Source of the DNA: Acetofilamentum sp.
Lineage (GTDB): Bacteria > Bacteroidota > Bacteroidia > Bacteroidales > DYOH01
DNA length: 64,000 bases
Direction: 5' to 3'
Assembly: GCA_020720625.1 (NCBI GenBank)
Contig: DYOH01000009.1
Location: forward strand, 7,057-71,056
Of the stretch, positions 61,463 to 64,000 are shown in pieces. A program made the position numbers and the translations under genes. The notes under the pieces were generated by a model that searched no databases, had not been told where the DNA came from, and worked only from the letters and a program-made list of their open reading frames with translations. Each line of letters opens with the position of its first letter. Within the stretch, counting starts at the first letter, position 1.

Positions 61463-62245
61463 TCAGATTAGTTCAATTGAACTTGCTGGCAACCAGGCTA
61501 TTTTACCATCTGCTAACCTTATCTCAACCCAATCTTGACGTATGGAGGTAATCTCAACCTTTACTCCCTCGGTTAAGGTAAAAATGAGTACCCCTATTTT
61601 ATCGGGCGAACTAAAGGCTTCGGTATTTGTTTTCATTACTATGGCTGTTTTATGCATAAGCACTTGCTGCCTTGCCGAATATCCAGCCCAAAAAGTGATT
61701 CCAAAAAAAACAATCATAAAAACGGACAATGCAAACGACCATTTGCGAATAGACATGGAAGCTGAAAACACAAAAATGATAGCAAAAACAATCATCAGCA
61801 TAAAAAATATGATGCTTAGTGTGGTCCATGTTCCAATTCCAAAAAAATTTCGGAAATAAGCAAAAAAGACATGAAGAAAAAACTCGGGCAATGGTTCTAC
61901 CTTTTGTTTTACCAGCAAATTAGACTTTTCTAAATTAAACTCAATGTTTCTGTCGTTGGGTGCCAATAATTTGGCTTTCTCGAAATACAAAATAGATTTT
62001 GCTACCGAATTAGTTCTGTAATAAGCATTTCCTAAATTATAATATAACTCCGATGCTTCGTATCCTTGAGATAATATACGCTCATACAATTCAATTGCAA
62101 TTGCATAATTGCCGTTTCTATAGGCTAGATTGGCCTCCTCAAAAATACTTTGATTGCTTTGTGCATTCATTGCAAAAATCAGAAACAATAAAATATTGCT
62201 AATAAGCCATTTACGCCATGAATTAGTAATTTGATTTAATCTCAT
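61463..62245 (-). CDS. batE: BatE (TPR + TM + SH3-like) aerotolerance-operon protein
   Basis: YYNLGNAYYR...ILYFEKA TPR, two TM helices, EGVKV...WVEIRLADGKIAWLP SH3-like end; downstream of batD; exact start uncertain. Confidence 0.88.
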   Translation of the reverse strand: MRLNQITNSWRKWLISNILLFLIFAMNAQSNQSIFEEANLAYRNGNYAIAIELYERILSQGYEASELYYNLGNAYYRTNSVAKSILYFEKAKLLAPNDRNIEFNLEKSNLLVKQKVEPLPEFFLHVFFAYFRNFFGIGTWTTLSIIFFMLMIVFAIIFVFSASMSIRKWSFALSVFMIVFFGITFWAGYSARQQVLMHKTAIVMKTNTEAFSSPDKIGVLIFTLTEGVKVEITSIRQDWVEIRLADGKIAWLPASSIELI

Positions 62246-62249
62246 TTTT

Positions 62250-64000
62250 TTATAATTTTTTGTCCAATTGGTCAATAATCTCTGAAGCCGTTTTATAAAT
62301 ATCTGTAAAACTATCGTTTACCTGCGCAGGTGCATAACGGGCAAATTCGCATTTATCAATTAACTGCATATAGTTCTCAACTATGGAATTGTCGATATTC
62401 TTTTGCGCTAATCTCTCTTTTAAATAATCCCGCTTTATATCAGAAGTAGGAATGCTTAACTTATCGGCCAAAAATCCAACCAAAGCCTGATTAATTGCCG
62501 CATAAAACGGCTCTTTTTTATCGCTGTTAATAAGCAACTTAGCTTCCTTTAATCGTTTACGCGACACTTTTCCGGCCTTTTTAGTTCTCATTTTGGAAAC
62601 ATCAGCCATTTCTTTGGCTCTTTTTCGCAATAAAATAATGAGTATAAAAAATAGCGTAAAAGGTGCTCCAAGCAAAAGAAAATAATTAAGCGATGCGATA
62701 AAAAACTGATCTTTTAACTTAAAATCGGGCGCATTTTCTTTTATAAACAAAATATCCGAATTCAACACATCAACCTCCGATTTTACAACCCCTGTCTGAT
62801 TAATTATGGCTGCCGGCTGCTCCTCGCCTTCTTCAACATAAACAGTATCTTCGGCCGTTTTTATGGTTTTGTAGCTTTTGCTTGCCACATCGAAATAGCT
62901 GAAAACTACTCCGGGAATAACGAAAGTGCCTGCACTTCGCGGAATAAGCAAATATTGAAATGTTTTGGTGCCCGATTGTCCACCCTCTGTAGATTTTATA
63001 TTTTCGCTCACTTTGGGGTCAAATACTTCGAATTGTGACGGAAATTGTGGTTTTGGCTCGCTAAGTAAATTTAAATTTCCAACGCCGCTAATGGTAATGT
63101 CATATTTTATAGCATCATTGGCTTTGATTTTATTTTGGTCTATCTTTTTTTGCATTGAAAATTGCCCCACCGCACCGTTAAAAGCCTCCGGTTTGGGTAA
63201 AGGCAAATCTCTTACATCTACATTTATCTGATTAGAAACCAGTTTTAGCTCTCCGGCTGCCTGCATTCCAAAAAAAGAGGGACGCCCCTTCACAACATCC
63301 AACTCAAAAGCTTCTATATTTAGTTTGCCGGTTTTTTGCGGAAAAAGCAACACCTTTTTTATCACTGCAGCATTATATATTGCACCATTTACATTTTCTC
63401 TTTCCAGATTTATTTGATTGGGCGAAAATACATCCTGAACCCAAAATCCGGCAAATGCAGGCACTTTCAAATTATTTACATCAACCAGATTAACTCTGGT
63501 ATAAAATTTAAGTGTGGCAATAATGCCTTCGCCTACATAGGCCTGACCTTTGGATAGCGAAATTGTAGCAAATACTTCTTTATTACCTTCGCCTGCTCCC
63601 GATGGCTGCCCTGGTTCTGTTTCATTTTCCGGAGCTTCGCCAATGGCCTCAATGGCAAGCTTGTTCGATTGTACCAATTTACCATCTACTTTTGCGGTAG
63701 CAGGCTCCAGATTATATTCGCCCTTCTTGCTTGCTACAGCATAAAAAACATAGCCAAATGAATACGATTGTTTCATCCTCCCGTTTACAATCTCCACACT
63801 ACTAGATGTTTGAGTGCTTGGGCCTTGCACTGATAGTCCCTTGAAATCGGGAAATTGAACATCGCTCCCCTTGGCATTGAGCCGGTAAATTATCTGAAAA
63901 CGTTCTCCAATCTGCACCACACGAGGTGCCGAAACTGTAAACTCAACATCCTGAGCCCATAATTGGTTTTGAAAAATAAAAAGCAAAATAATTGTCAGAT
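62250..64000 (-). CDS. batD: BatD family protein (5' end probably just beyond the window)
   Basis: GPSTQTSSSVEIVNG, LFPQKTG, FNGAVGQF, SGVGNL, LIPRSAG, CEFARYAP; frame stays open to the window end. Confidence 0.9.
   Translation of the reverse strand, partial: LTIILLFIFQNQLWAQDVEFTVSAPRVVQIGERFQIIYRLNAKGSDVQFPDFKGLSVQGPSTQTSSSVEIVNGRMKQSYSFGYVFYAVASKKGEYNLEPATAKVDGKLVQSNKLAIEAIGEAPENETEPGQPSGAGEGNKEVFATISLSKGQAYVGEGIIATLKFYTRVNLVDVNNLKVPAFAGFWVQDVFSPNQINLERENVNGAIYNAAVIKKVLLFPQKTGKLNIEAFELDVVKGRPSFFGMQAAGELKLVSNQINVDVRDLPLPKPEAFNGAVGQFSMQKKIDQNKIKANDAIKYDITISGVGNLNLLSEPKPQFPSQFEVFDPKVSENIKSTEGGQSGTKTFQYLLIPRSAGTFVIPGVVFSYFDVASKSYKTIKTAEDTVYVEEGEEQPAAIINQTGVVKSEVDVLNSDILFIKENAPDFKLKDQFFIASLNYFLLLGAPFTLFFILIILLRKRAKEMADVSKMRTKKAGKVSRKRLKEAKLLINSDKKEPFYAAINQALVGFLADKLSIPTSDIKRDYLKERLAQKNIDNSIVENYMQLIDKCEFARYAPAQVNDSFTDIYKTASEIIDQLDKKL

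Overview
AT-rich chromosomal window from a Bacteroidota bacterium, probably Bacteroidales-like. Support for this: TAnnTTTG -7 promoter boxes, few Shine-Dalgarno sites, and the START_2-lptF...ribBA, GldI-like FKBP/nrnA, batDE and panB-rluA arrangements. The housekeeping backbone comprises nrnA, cdd, fmt, mutS2, tamB, nhaD, folD, ffh, ribBA, dnaK, fabG, rplS, rsmE, panB, ndk and batD/E. Four signalling or stress modules are interleaved with it. (1) A five-gene prkA-yeaH(vWA)-ferredoxin/nitroreductase-spoVR-prkA2 operon whose two AAA+ paralogues have complementary motif losses. (2) A SiaB-family kinase co-encoded with two membrane-bound PP2C/SpoIIE phosphatases. One of these fuses a YfiR domain to a ~150-residue periplasmic coiled coil, and a third TPR-PP2C lies nearby. 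No SiaC or SiaD is present in the window. (3) A YfiR-histidine kinase-REC/kinase relay. (4) An orphan STAS-cheW pair. Non-coding features include a nested MITE-like inverted-repeat element, a REPIN-like palindrome cluster, a sigma54-type site upstream of dnaK and several intrinsic terminators. No rRNA, tRNA, CRISPR array or transposase was seen. All calls come from motif recognition by eye; no database searches were run.
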